Part shown: positions 1 to 9,111 of the stretch, piece after piece
Layout: every line of letters begins with the position of its first letter
How positions within the stretch are numbered: position 1 is the first letter of the stretch
Assembly (NCBI GenBank): GCA_002430735.1
Contig: DJCV01000010.1
Location: forward strand, 7,705 to 71,704
Source of the DNA: Candidatus Woesebacteria bacterium UBA5941
Lineage (GTDB): Bacteria > Patescibacteriota > Microgenomatia > UBA8517
Reading direction: 5' to 3'
DNA length: 64,000 nucleotides
Program-made: the position numbers and the translations under genes
The notes under the pieces: model-generated
What the model saw: the letters and a program-made list of their open reading frames with translations, nothing else
Database searches by the model: none
What the model was told of the DNA's origin: nothing

Positions 1-1822
1 TATTACTCAATATGAAATGCATGCCTGTGAAGATGTGGGGCTTATTAAGTTTGATATCTTGGGTATTCGTAACTTATCCATTTTGGGAGACGCAATAGCT
101 CTCGTGAATGAATCACGAGGAATGGAACTTGATTTGCGCAAGTTTCCGCTCGATGACACCAAAACTTTTGAAATGTTATCGCGAGGAGAAACCATGGGGG
201 TATTTCAACTCTCTGGAGGAGGAATGACCAAGTATCTGATGGATTTGAAGCCTACGAAAATTGAAGACTTGATGGCAATGGTTGCATTATATCGACCAGG
301 ACCGATGGCTGTGATTCCTGAATACATTGCCCGAAAAAATAATCCTAATCTGATCCACTATTTAGATCCCCGAATGCGCAAATTCTTAGAGGCGTCGTAC
401 GGGCTTATTGTGTATCAAGATGACTTGCTCTTTAGCGCCATCGATCTAGCTGGATACACTTGGGAAGAAGCAGACAAATTCCGAAAAGCGGTTGGAAAAA
501 AGATTCCTGAAGAAATGGCAGCTCAGAAAGACAAATTTGTACAAGGAATTATTAAAAATGGCCAAACAGCGCAATTTGCCGAAGACTTATGGAAACTCTT
601 TGAACCATTCCAGTCGTATGGATTTAACAAAGCGCACGCGGCGAGTTACGGAATGGTCGCATATCAAACGGCGTATATGAAAGCGAACTTCCCGGTTGAG
701 TATATGACTGCCCTCATGACTGCAGAAAGTGGAGACACTGAAAAGATTACTGAAGCCATTAACGAATGTAACCGAATGGGAATTGTAGTGTTGCCTCCAC
801 ATGTCAACGAGAGTGATATTGGGTTTAAGGTTGTTCCTCACGAGGATTCAATTGAGGGAAATGGTATTCGATTTGGGTTTTCTGCAATTAAAAACGTCGG
901 AGGAGCTGCAATTGAGGCAATTATTGCTGCACGAAATGAAGCACCATTCACTTCATTTATCGATTTTTGTCAGCGTGTTGATGGAAGACGGGTAAATAAA
1001 CGCGTTCTTGAGAGTCTTATTAAAGTAGGGGCGATGGGCGCCTTCGGCAATCGTGCCAGCTTACTGGAGAGCGTTGATGAAGTACGATCAAAAACAAAAC
1101 CAGTCAGTACCACAGCACAGCAAGGTCTTTTCTTCGAAGAGGAGGAGGAAAAGCGATCTGCCACTCCTACTATTACGCATATTCTTGATACAAAACCTGA
1201 ATTTGAAGAAGATGTTTTAATTGGGCTTGAGCGAGAACTCATGGGATTCTCGCTATCGGCTCCTGCAGTCTCACAGCTTGTTGCTGAGTTAACCCCATAT
1301 CAAACACATCAGATATCCCATTTGAAAGCAGACGACCTTCCAAAGGAGCCAGTGAAGCTTGCATGCGTCATTTCTGAAGTCCGTACCGTTATTACCAAAA
1401 AGACCTCAGCTGAGATGGCATTTGCAAAGGTGAACGATGGGACGGGGAGTATGGACATTGTGGTGTTTCCAAAGCTCTACGCACAAACAAAAGAACAGTG
1501 GGTTGAACAAAAGCCGGTGCTAATTACGGGGAAACTGGATTTACGAGACGACGTTGTAAATATGCTTGCCGATTCAATTGAAACAGTCGCAACGCTCAAG
1601 GAAAAAGGAGGAACGCTCAAAATCACTATTCCGATGGGTACTGAATCCCAGAAATTGAAGGAATTAAAGGATTTATTGGAAACTAGCCCCGGAAGCCAGA
1701 AGGCAATTCTTGTCTTTGATGGAATGAACCATGAAGTGGAAGTACCGTTTACGATTCTTTGGAATCAAGACCTATCCCGAAAAATTGCAATGCTCCTGTC
1801 CGAGCAACCCTTGCAGAACTAA
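1..1822 (+). CDS. dnaE: DNA polymerase III alpha subunit, C-terminal part (5' end lies off the window)
   Basis: ORF 17..1822 has no upstream stop before the window edge. Motifs GVFQLSGGGM, YRPGPM and NKAHAASYGMVAYQTAY with an OB-fold tail are typical of DnaE. Confidence 0.88.
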   Translation, partial: ITQYEMHACEDVGLIKFDILGIRNLSILGDAIALVNESRGMELDLRKFPLDDTKTFEMLSRGETMGVFQLSGGGMTKYLMDLKPTKIEDLMAMVALYRPGPMAVIPEYIARKNNPNLIHYLDPRMRKFLEASYGLIVYQDDLLFSAIDLAGYTWEEADKFRKAVGKKIPEEMAAQKDKFVQGIIKNGQTAQFAEDLWKLFEPFQSYGFNKAHAASYGMVAYQTAYMKANFPVEYMTALMTAESGDTEKITEAINECNRMGIVVLPPHVNESDIGFKVVPHEDSIEGNGIRFGFSAIKNVGGAAIEAIIAARNEAPFTSFIDFCQRVDGRRVNKRVLESLIKVGAMGAFGNRASLLESVDEVRSKTKPVSTTAQQGLFFEEEEEKRSATPTITHILDTKPEFEEDVLIGLERELMGFSLSAPAVSQLVAELTPYQTHQISHLKADDLPKEPVKLACVISEVRTVITKKTSAEMAFAKVNDGTGSMDIVVFPKLYAQTKEQWVEQKPVLITGKLDLRDDVVNMLADSIETVATLKEKGGTLKITIPMGTESQKLKELKDLLETSPGSQKAILVFDGMNHEVEVPFTILWNQDLSRKIAMLLSEQPLQN

Positions 1823-1880
1823 CGATTATGCCCTGGTTCTTGCTAAATACGCAGTAAATCAGGTACAATAACGATCACGT

Positions 1881-2276
1881 ATGGCAATCATGACCACCCA
1901 CAAAGAAACAACCTTCGGAGTAGGAGATGTAGTTCGAGTACATCAACGACTTTTCGAGGCTGGAACAGACAAAAGCCGTGTGCAAGTTTTTGAAGGAACG
2001 GTAATTGCTATTCGTGGAAAAGATATGGGTAAAAGTGCTGTGGTTCGACGAATTGGTTCTCAAAACGTTGGAATGGAAATGATTTTTCCCTTAAATGCTC
2101 CTACTATTGAAAAAGTCGAAATCTCAAAGGCTGGAGTCAAAGGAGTAAGACAAGCAAAATTGTACTTTATTCGTGAAAAGAGCCGACGTGAGATTGATAA
2201 GATCTATTCTCGAACTCACAAAAAGGATCTTGAACCGCAAGCGAAGAAAAAGACAGTTAAAAAGACTGCAAAGTAA
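1881..2276 (+). CDS. rplS: 50S ribosomal protein L19 with a lysine-rich C-terminal tail
   Basis: GDVVRVHQRLFEAG..RVQVFEGTVIAIRGK..VVRRIGSQNVGMEMIFPLNAP matches the L19 signature. Confidence 0.9.
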   Translation: MAIMTTHKETTFGVGDVVRVHQRLFEAGTDKSRVQVFEGTVIAIRGKDMGKSAVVRRIGSQNVGMEMIFPLNAPTIEKVEISKAGVKGVRQAKLYFIREKSRREIDKIYSRTHKKDLEPQAKKKTVKKTAK

Positions 2277-2329
2277 CACTCACTTTCTTATATTTATAAA
2301 TTCTTTTTTCGTGCTACAGTAAGCGTATC

Positions 2330-4237
2330 GTGAAGCGCATTAGTTTCTTCTTTATTTCTCTTCTTGGTTTGTTTTTCCTCTCCTCAAAGACAATTTATGC
2401 ACGCGAAGCAGTTATTTCCGTTGTGAACCCCGTTCGTATCTCTAGCTATACCATTAATATCGCTGAGAGCATCAAAGCACAAGCGCTCGTGACTCGCGAA
2501 TTAGCTATTCCAGCAACATGGCTTATAACGCACGAGATATTAGAAAACGAATCAGCGTTGCAAGAAATAAAATCCCTTCCCCAGGATCATGAAATAGGGT
2601 TGTTCTTAGAAATTTCTGAGGCATTGGCCAGGAAAGCTGGCGTTACCTATAAAAAACCTGATTATTGGTATCACCCGAAAGCGCTGTTTCTCTCAGGGTA
2701 CACACAGGATGAACGGGTTCGCTTGATCGATACGTTATTCAGCATTTTTAAAGAGCGCCTTGGTTATACACCAACCTCAGTCGGGTCGTGGTGGACTGAT
2801 AGCTTTAGCTTGGACTACATGCAAAAGACGTATGGCATTACGGCAAACCTTATGTGCAGTGACCAATATGCGACCGATAACTATCAATTGTGGGGACAAT
2901 ACTGGGGTGCGCCATTTTATCCCTCAAAAATACACGCAGGAAACCCTGGGACTGCAGACAATAAAATCGATGTTGTTATGATGCCGTGGGCACTCAGGGA
3001 CCCGCTTCATGGATATCAATCAAGTCTGTATAGCACCCAAGATTACTTCACCACAACAGAGAAACTCGATGAAACGTATTTTCAGAAAATCTTACATACC
3101 TATTTGTTTGACGAGAGAAACCCGTTTGGACTTGCCGTCATTGGCCTTGAAGGGGATTTTAATCCAGAAAACTATTCAGAACAGTATAAAACACAGCTTA
3201 CGATTGCGAAGGGAATGCGTGATACAGGAAAAATTAAAATCCAAACCATGAAGGATTTCTCAACGTATTACCGTAATCAGTTTGGAGAAACCCCCCAAAT
3301 GCAGATAACCGCGCCAGATTTATTGGGTGGAAACACCACGACCGAGTGGGTTAATTCACCATACTATCGAGTAGGACTTCGGTATAGAGAAAACGCAAAT
3401 GAGGTAACTATTTTCGACATACGTGCATATGATCAAAACTTTAAGGAGCCTTATTACAGTTCTCCGAATAGAGATTCCCATTTATCCATCGTTCTCCCAG
3501 GGGTACTTGATTCATATATTAATCCAAGTAGTACATGGACAATCCCACTTTCAAGGAACGATATCACGTTTCAAGAACGCTCAATTGTATTTCGTAGTCC
3601 AGTCGTTATTCCGAATCACATTCAACAAAACAATCGGGTGCAATCTTCTCGTCAGTCTCTCTCATTCCTCCCATGGAAATATCCAATCGAAGGAGTGGAG
3701 CTGCGTGCAGTAACTCCTGAAGCATGGAGTGTGCTTGGTTCAAATAAAGCGCGGCTGTTTTTCTTAGCAGGATGTGGTGGACTTATTCTGTTATTCGTCA
3801 TTGGATACAAAAAACAATCAATTATCTTGGCGCTTTTTATTGTAGGGGTCTTTTTTATACAAGGAACAGATCTTTATTTAGTCACCCCCGGAGAACTTGA
3901 TGCGCTATCCTTTTTAAAAACAAAGCCAGAAGGAGTGGTACTCGTTCCTGATACTGAATGTTTGCAATGTGAATATCACACCACGAGAAAACCTATTTTT
4001 ATGGTAAATAGCAGGGGATATGTGTCGCTGCTCTCGCAAAAACCTATTGTCTACAGTAACACAGTGTTTCAGGCACAGCGGGAAGAGATAAAAGAGACGC
4101 TTACGAAAACAAATGCACGATATTTATACCTCACGAAATTTGAAAGCTATACAGAGGAGTTGCCGTACTCACCAGGGGATAGTGGCGTCAAAAAGATATT
4201 TGAAAACGCAAACGTAACAATCTGGGAACGTGAGTGA
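2330..4237 (+). CDS. Hypothetical exported protein (635 aa) with an N-terminal signal peptide and a C-proximal TM anchor
   Basis: Long ORF with a GTG start. The hydrophobic leader MKRISFFFISLLGLFFLSS and a TM segment around aa 470-510 are visible. I recognise no family. Confidence 0.55.
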   Translation: MKRISFFFISLLGLFFLSSKTIYAREAVISVVNPVRISSYTINIAESIKAQALVTRELAIPATWLITHEILENESALQEIKSLPQDHEIGLFLEISEALARKAGVTYKKPDYWYHPKALFLSGYTQDERVRLIDTLFSIFKERLGYTPTSVGSWWTDSFSLDYMQKTYGITANLMCSDQYATDNYQLWGQYWGAPFYPSKIHAGNPGTADNKIDVVMMPWALRDPLHGYQSSLYSTQDYFTTTEKLDETYFQKILHTYLFDERNPFGLAVIGLEGDFNPENYSEQYKTQLTIAKGMRDTGKIKIQTMKDFSTYYRNQFGETPQMQITAPDLLGGNTTTEWVNSPYYRVGLRYRENANEVTIFDIRAYDQNFKEPYYSSPNRDSHLSIVLPGVLDSYINPSSTWTIPLSRNDITFQERSIVFRSPVVIPNHIQQNNRVQSSRQSLSFLPWKYPIEGVELRAVTPEAWSVLGSNKARLFFLAGCGGLILLFVIGYKKQSIILALFIVGVFFIQGTDLYLVTPGELDALSFLKTKPEGVVLVPDTECLQCEYHTTRKPIFMVNSRGYVSLLSQKPIVYSNTVFQAQREEIKETLTKTNARYLYLTKFESYTEELPYSPGDSGVKKIFENANVTIWERE

Positions 4238-4259
4238 TTTGGTGTGCGGCGCAAAAAAA

Positions 4260-4281
4260 GTGGCGCCTATAAAAGCGCCAC
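4260..4281 (-). terminator. Intrinsic terminator hairpin serving minus-strand gene 4308..4625, probably bidirectional
   Basis: gtggcgc-ctataaaa-gcgccac forms a perfect 7-bp stem. An A-run precedes it on the plus strand, which gives a U-run after the hairpin on the minus strand. Confidence 0.5.
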
Positions 4282-4307
4282 CTGCCTTGGGTGTTACAAA
4301 GAAGCTA

Positions 4308-4625
4308 CTACTGCGTCAAAAAGCCCATAAATGAATCAGGTTTTTCATCATCGTCCGGGACACCATGTGGAAAAATCTGTATTTGCAAATACCGGGGCAA
4401 TGCCCTCGCCGCTTTCAAGAACCGCGTGTCACCACAAGCGATCCTGAGCGTCTCAACATGTGAGATTAACCCATCTACATCGATATCAACAGATTCTCCG
4501 CCTTGCTGGCGACGAGTGTAAAGCGCTTCCGCAAACTTGGGAAGCATTGCGTCAACGTCTGCCCCATATCCTTCTGAACATACAATCAAACCTGATTCCA
4601 GCGTAGTAATGGTAGCTTTCTTCAC
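4308..4625 (-). CDS. Hypothetical protein (105 aa)
   Basis: ORF with a downstream terminator. No recognisable motif. Confidence 0.4.
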   Translation of the reverse strand: MKKATITTLESGLIVCSEGYGADVDAMLPKFAEALYTRRQQGGESVDIDVDGLISHVETLRIACGDTRFLKAARALPRYLQIQIFPHGVPDDDEKPDSFMGFLTQ

Positions 4626-4720
4626 GATCTACTCCTTGTAAGAACAACCCATGCGAGCGGGTAGTATATCAGAAGACAATGCTACACTTCAAATAACTAT
4701 AAGTGTTTTTTATTTTCTCG

Positions 4721-4749
4721 TTGACTATTAGTTATAGGTTTATTATAAT
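4721..4749 (+). promoter_or_regulatory. Sigma70-type promoter for the tRNA-Phe/tRNA-Cys operon
   Basis: TTGACT (4721-4726), 17-nt spacer, TATAAT (4744-4749). The TATAAT lies about 13 nt upstream of tRNA-Phe. Confidence 0.55.
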
Positions 4750-4762
4750 TCGAATCATTAAG

Positions 4763-4835
4763 GCCGGAGTAGCTCAGTTGGTAGAGCGATCGTCTGAAAA
4801 ATGATTTGGCACGGGTTCAAGTCCCGTCTCCGGCA
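4763..4835 (+). tRNA. tRNA-Phe (anticodon GAA)
   Basis: Manual cloverleaf: acceptor GCCGGAG/CTCCGGC, D-arm GCTC-AGTTGGTA-GAGC, anticodon stem ATCGT/ATGAT with loop CTGAAAA, T-arm ACGGG-TTCAAGT-CCCGT. CCA is not encoded. Confidence 0.9.
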
Positions 4836-4947
4836 AGTTCACGCACATTTTTAGATAATTCCCTCCCTCCTCTCTTAGGCAGGGGTCTCGGCGACACACC
4901 GTCTGAGGCCTCTCCGAGAGTTGAGAGGAAGATAGCAGTCAGAGAAT

Positions 4948-5019
4948 GACGACATGGCGAAGTGGCAACGCGGTGCCCTGCAAAGGCACTATCCTTCGGT
5001 TCGAATCCGAATGTCGTCT
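4948..5019 (+). tRNA. tRNA-Cys (anticodon GCA)
   Basis: Acceptor GACGACA/TGTCGTC, anticodon stem GTGCC/GGCAC with loop CTGCAAA, T-arm TTCGG-TTCGAAT-CCGAA. CCA is not encoded. Confidence 0.9.
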
Positions 5020-5091
5020 AATAACTCCCTGCTCCCCCCAACGGTTGCCGGATAGGTAGGCTAAATGCTTATCCGGCACTGAAATTAATAA

Positions 5092-5121
5092 GGGCTGATC
5101 ATATCGATCGGCCCTTTTTTT
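5092..5121 (+). terminator. Intrinsic terminator of the tRNA operon
   Basis: gggctgatc-atatc-gatcggccc stem (one G-U pair) followed by TTTTTTT. Confidence 0.6.
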
Positions 5122-5173
5122 ATGCACATATTTCGTTTTCTTTTGTCTTTTGTTTGGGTTATACTGGCTTCAC

Positions 5174-5681
5174 GATGCTTCCTGTCACGATTTTAGGTAT
5201 TGATCCCGGCACAGCAACAACTGGGTTTGGTGTTATAGAAATGAATTCAAGTGGACTGGCGCTAGTAACATACGGATTAATTAAAACTGCAAAAGAAGGT
5301 TCTCCAGAAAACAGACTTGCATCAATATTTGATGAAATGAATCTGCTTTTTACTCGGTACAATCCACACGTCATGGCAATCGAAAAAGTCTTTTTCTCTA
5401 ATAACGCAAAAACTGCAATCCGCGTAGGACAAGCACAGGGAGTAATGTTACTGGCGGCTGCTCACCGTAGAGTACCCGTTGCAGAATACGCACCTGGAAC
5501 TATAAAAAAACAAGTAACAGGATCCGGGAGGGCTGATAAGAAAATGGTGATGAAAACAGTCATTGAAATATTGGGAACGAAAGTGTCAGTTGCGCTCACA
5601 GGGAAAACACATTTTGATAACGCTGCAGATGCATTGGCAATTGCCATGTGTCACGCCTTCAAAGAACGGGACAAGTCATAA
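5174..5681 (+). CDS. ruvC: Holliday junction resolvase RuvC
   Basis: ILGIDPGTATTGFGVIE, MAIEKVFFSNNAKTAIRVGQAQGV, GSGRADKKMV. I prefer the ATG at 5174; the ORF track begins at an upstream TTG at 5154. Confidence 0.88.
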
Positions 5682-6094
5682 TGTATCGAAGAAAACAAAA
5701 AACTGTTGGGAAAGTTGATTGGGTTCGCGCACCGGACATTCATCACCGCGTACTCACACTGGTTGAACGGCTTGAATTGACATGGATTGAACCAGAAAAA
5801 ATTTATGCCGTACGCTCCACGGGAAGTTCAGCCCGTGCATATGCGCGCATTTGGGGAATGAGTCGAGTATGGCAAATTGCCGCGGGACTTCCGGCACTCT
5901 ACTGTATTGAAGTTGTTGCTCAATATTTCGATAAGCTTTCCCATAAAGAACAAGATAAAGTATTGCTCCACGAATTAGCACACATCCCTAAAAATTTCAG
6001 TGGGGCACTGCTTGCCCACACCCATTCAAAAGGAGGGTTCCATGACAAATTGCATGAGATGCTTGCTTCATATAATAGAATTAAGAAAGACTAG
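5681..6094 (+). CDS. Putative metal-dependent hydrolase carrying an HExxH motif (DUF45/YgjP- or SprT-like)
   Basis: HELAHIPKNF...HTHSKGGFH. The ATG overlaps the ruvC stop (TAATG). The family assignment is tentative. Confidence 0.55.
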   Translation: MYRRKQKTVGKVDWVRAPDIHHRVLTLVERLELTWIEPEKIYAVRSTGSSARAYARIWGMSRVWQIAAGLPALYCIEVVAQYFDKLSHKEQDKVLLHELAHIPKNFSGALLAHTHSKGGFHDKLHEMLASYNRIKKD

Positions 6095-6115
6095 TTACCA
6101 ATAGAGGAGCACTGT

Positions 6116-6293
6116 GTGAAGTCAATTCGATATCTCTACTTGGCATACCTATTTGTGACATTAGGAGTAATTTCACTTTCAGTAACGATGTATCACAATC
6201 TGCGTCAAGTAAGTGTAGTAATGGCTGCCGCGCTTGTTCCATGGATCATTGTAGAAGCGATATCAGTACTCAGAAAACGTACTTGCCAATAGC
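6116..6293 (+). CDS. Possible small membrane protein (59 aa, below the ORF-track cutoff)
   Basis: GTG start 6 nt after GGAGG. Two hydrophobic segments. Followed by a terminator. Confidence 0.3.
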
Positions 6294-6302
6294 CAGTCAT
6301 AA

Positions 6303-6326
6303 AAGCCGCACATTCCGCGGCTTTTT
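6303..6326 (+). terminator. Intrinsic terminator
   Basis: aagccgc-acattcc-gcggctt followed by a T-run. A TATACT -10-like element follows. Confidence 0.6.
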
Positions 6327-6338
6327 CATTGGTATACT

Positions 6339-7019
6339 ATGCTCACAATGAAGGTTGTTGTAATTTTCGGTGACGATGAAGCAAAGAGCGATGCTCGTTT
6401 TAGGCACATTGTCTCTCAGGTTAAAAAACGCGGGTGGGAATGTGTTGCACTCGCTGATTCGTCTGTCTTGTCAGAAGTGATCGCTGGAAGCTCACTCTTT
6501 TCAAATGAACGACTGCTCAGTGTAATGCATGCTGCAAAAGTGCCTGTAAAGGAATATCAGTGGCTCGCAACCCACCACGAGCAATACGATGGAAGACTCC
6601 TTTTGTATTTTAAAAGCACGGTGCCAGCTGCTATCAAAAAACTACTGCCGAAAGATACGGTCTTTGAGGAATTCAAGCTCAAAAAGGAATTATTTTCTAT
6701 TATGGACATGGTATATCCAGGGAACTTCACACCAGTTATGAAGACCTTCCATACGATTATCAAAACAGACCCACCAGAACTTGTTATGGCACTTTTAGGA
6801 AGGCATCTGCGAGATCTTGTCTTAGTCAAAGCTCAGTCAAAAGCGCTACACCTTCCCGCATGGCGACTGCAAAAATTAGAACGACAAGCTAAACGCTTCA
6901 CAAATGAACAGCTTCTCCTTTTTACTCACGAACTTGCAGAAGCAGATCTCAAAAGTAAAACCGGAAAGGGAGATCTCGTCGTATTAATCGATCTCGCAAT
7001 TTCCAAATATTTACGATGA
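6339..7019 (+). CDS. holA: DNA polymerase III delta subunit-like (short HolA)
   Basis: The N-terminal VVIFGDDEA resembles the HolA YLLYGEDE box and the C-terminal LAEADLKSKTG resembles the HolA tail. The assignment is tentative. Confidence 0.45.
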   Translation: MLTMKVVVIFGDDEAKSDARFRHIVSQVKKRGWECVALADSSVLSEVIAGSSLFSNERLLSVMHAAKVPVKEYQWLATHHEQYDGRLLLYFKSTVPAAIKKLLPKDTVFEEFKLKKELFSIMDMVYPGNFTPVMKTFHTIIKTDPPELVMALLGRHLRDLVLVKAQSKALHLPAWRLQKLERQAKRFTNEQLLLFTHELAEADLKSKTGKGDLVVLIDLAISKYLR

Positions 7020-7026
7020 GTGTAGA

Positions 7027-8460
7027 ATGCAGATAATGAGTGAACCCCAGATAAACACAACCATGTTCCGCGGATATGACATTCGAGGGGTGGTTGGAGA
7101 AGACTTAACTCCTGAAATTGTAAATCGATTAGCCAAAGCATACGCAACATTTCTCTACAGGCGTCAAATTCGTGAATGCGTGGTTGGCATGGATATTCGA
7201 GAGAGCTCGCCTGAATTTAAAGATTCGTTTATCGCAGGTCTTGTTGAGATGGGGATTAATGTGGTGGATTTCGGTTTATCACTTACACAAATTATGTATT
7301 TTGCTCAATATCATTATTTATCCAAAGGGGGAGCAATGATAACCGCTTCTCATAATCCACGAGAGTTTAATGGGCTGAAGTTAGGAGTCGGCTTTTCTGA
7401 CACTTTAATTACAGAAGAAATCCAGGAACTGAAAGAGATTACTTTGTCCGGTGAATTCAAAGGCTGGGATAAAACAGGGAGTGTACGCGTTGACGATGTG
7501 TTTCCTTCATACAAAGCAGATCTATTTAAAAGAATCCCTTTACATGATTCAGGACTCAAGGTTGTTATCGATTCATCCTGTGCCACAACCGGTAAATTCT
7601 TGCCAGACATATTACGCGAAGCAGGATGCACGGTGATTGAACAAAACACCAATCTCGACCCAACATTCCCACTTGGAACACCTGATCCAACTGAAAAAGA
7701 TGTCTTAGAGCGTCTTGCAAAAGGTGTTTCTGAACATCAGGCCGACTTAGGTGTTGCGTATGATGCAGATGGAGATCGCGTTGGCGTCGTTGACGCACAC
7801 GGGAGGCTCCTGTGGAATGACGTTCTCGTTGCGCTTTTTGCGCAAGATATATTGCATTATCTTCCCAACAGTCCAATTGTTTTTAACGCCCTCTGTTCAA
7901 AGGTCGTCGTTGACACCATAAAATCTCATGGAGGCGAGCCCGTTATGTGGCTTACAGGCCATAGCTTTATTAAAGCAAAAGTGCGAGAGACCCGAGCACC
8001 CTTTGGTGGAGAACTCTCAGGACACTTTTTCTTTATGGATAATTTCTACGGGCACGATGACGGGGCCTTCGCAACATTACGACTGTTGCAATTTTTAAAG
8101 CGAACAGGGAAAACGCTCGCTCAAGCAGTTGATGAATTGCCTCAGTATATAAGTAGCCCTGAAATTAAGTTAGGGCTTGCCGACACTATTAAGTTTGATT
8201 TTGTAAAAACACATTTTGCAAACGATATTAAGGCACTGTTCCCAAATGGAGCGTATACAGATATCGATGGATTCAGGGCAGATGATGCGACGCGCATGGC
8301 AATCATTCGCGCGAGCCAAAATGGACCGTATGTCACAATTAAATTTGAAGGAAAAACACAAGAGGAATACGACGCTCTCAAAAATGCAATTAAACAGATC
8401 CTCCAAAAATATACAGAGGTTGACTGGGAAAAAGGAGTCAACCTCAATGGATTTGAATAG
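7027..8460 (+). CDS. Phosphomannomutase/phosphoglucomutase (alpha-D-phosphohexomutase family)
   Basis: The active-site TASHNP motif (ITASHNPREFNGLKLG) and an N-terminal FRGYDIRGVVGEDLTPE. Confidence 0.85.
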   Translation: MQIMSEPQINTTMFRGYDIRGVVGEDLTPEIVNRLAKAYATFLYRRQIRECVVGMDIRESSPEFKDSFIAGLVEMGINVVDFGLSLTQIMYFAQYHYLSKGGAMITASHNPREFNGLKLGVGFSDTLITEEIQELKEITLSGEFKGWDKTGSVRVDDVFPSYKADLFKRIPLHDSGLKVVIDSSCATTGKFLPDILREAGCTVIEQNTNLDPTFPLGTPDPTEKDVLERLAKGVSEHQADLGVAYDADGDRVGVVDAHGRLLWNDVLVALFAQDILHYLPNSPIVFNALCSKVVVDTIKSHGGEPVMWLTGHSFIKAKVRETRAPFGGELSGHFFFMDNFYGHDDGAFATLRLLQFLKRTGKTLAQAVDELPQYISSPEIKLGLADTIKFDFVKTHFANDIKALFPNGAYTDIDGFRADDATRMAIIRASQNGPYVTIKFEGKTQEEYDALKNAIKQILQKYTEVDWEKGVNLNGFE

Positions 8461-8466
8461 TCGGCC

Positions 8467-9018
8467 TTAGGCTGGCTTTCCCCCGACTAACTTACTTTCA
8501 ATAACTACTCCTTCAATATCTGCTTTCACTACATGCATGGTTTGTGTGCCGACGCAATTTCTTGTAAAAAGAATCGTTCCATCAGGCTCCCATGAGTAGT
8601 CTTGAATGAGACAGTACTGGTCTTTTGTAATGCGTGTCACTTCTAACGAATAAATGCGTATAACATTCAAGTTTGAATTTGCCGCCACATCCTCTTCGCT
8701 TGTGACGAATAAGATAAACCGTGAGTCTGGTGACCACACGAGTCCTTCAAAAATGGCCAAACCCAAAGACTTGCTGAGAAAGGTTTCATTGGTATATAAA
8801 TCACGAATTCCTACAACCGGCCATGCATCTTCAGACCGATAGACAAAAGCAACCTTGTCACAATGTGGTGATGGGACATATTTGATGATTGGCAAATCCT
8901 GTTGTGGAAGTGCTGTAAGTTCACCGCACTCTTGAAGTACATAAACATACTGACCAACACTCAATAGGGCGATAACAATACCAAGGATGACACCGATACC
9001 AATTACTCGACGTGTCAT
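8467..9018 (-). CDS. Membrane-anchored hypothetical protein with PD40/TolB-like repeats
   Basis: N-terminal TM helix. Repeated W(S/E)PDG motifs (WSPDSRFILFV, WEPDGTILF). Confidence 0.5.
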   Translation of the reverse strand: MTRRVIGIGVILGIVIALLSVGQYVYVLQECGELTALPQQDLPIIKYVPSPHCDKVAFVYRSEDAWPVVGIRDLYTNETFLSKSLGLAIFEGLVWSPDSRFILFVTSEEDVAANSNLNVIRIYSLEVTRITKDQYCLIQDYSWEPDGTILFTRNCVGTQTMHVVKADIEGVVIESKLVGGKPA

Positions 9019-9111
9019 GGAAATATTCTCCTGTTAAATGAACGAACTGACGAAGGACTAAAAAGGAGTATAGACTATGATCCATAGATCAGAAAGGTGT
9101 AATATAAATTA

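Noticed and set aside
4939-5127. 62-aa minus-strand ORF from the track
   Set aside because: It lies entirely over tRNA-Cys and its terminator, so it is a spurious antisense ORF.
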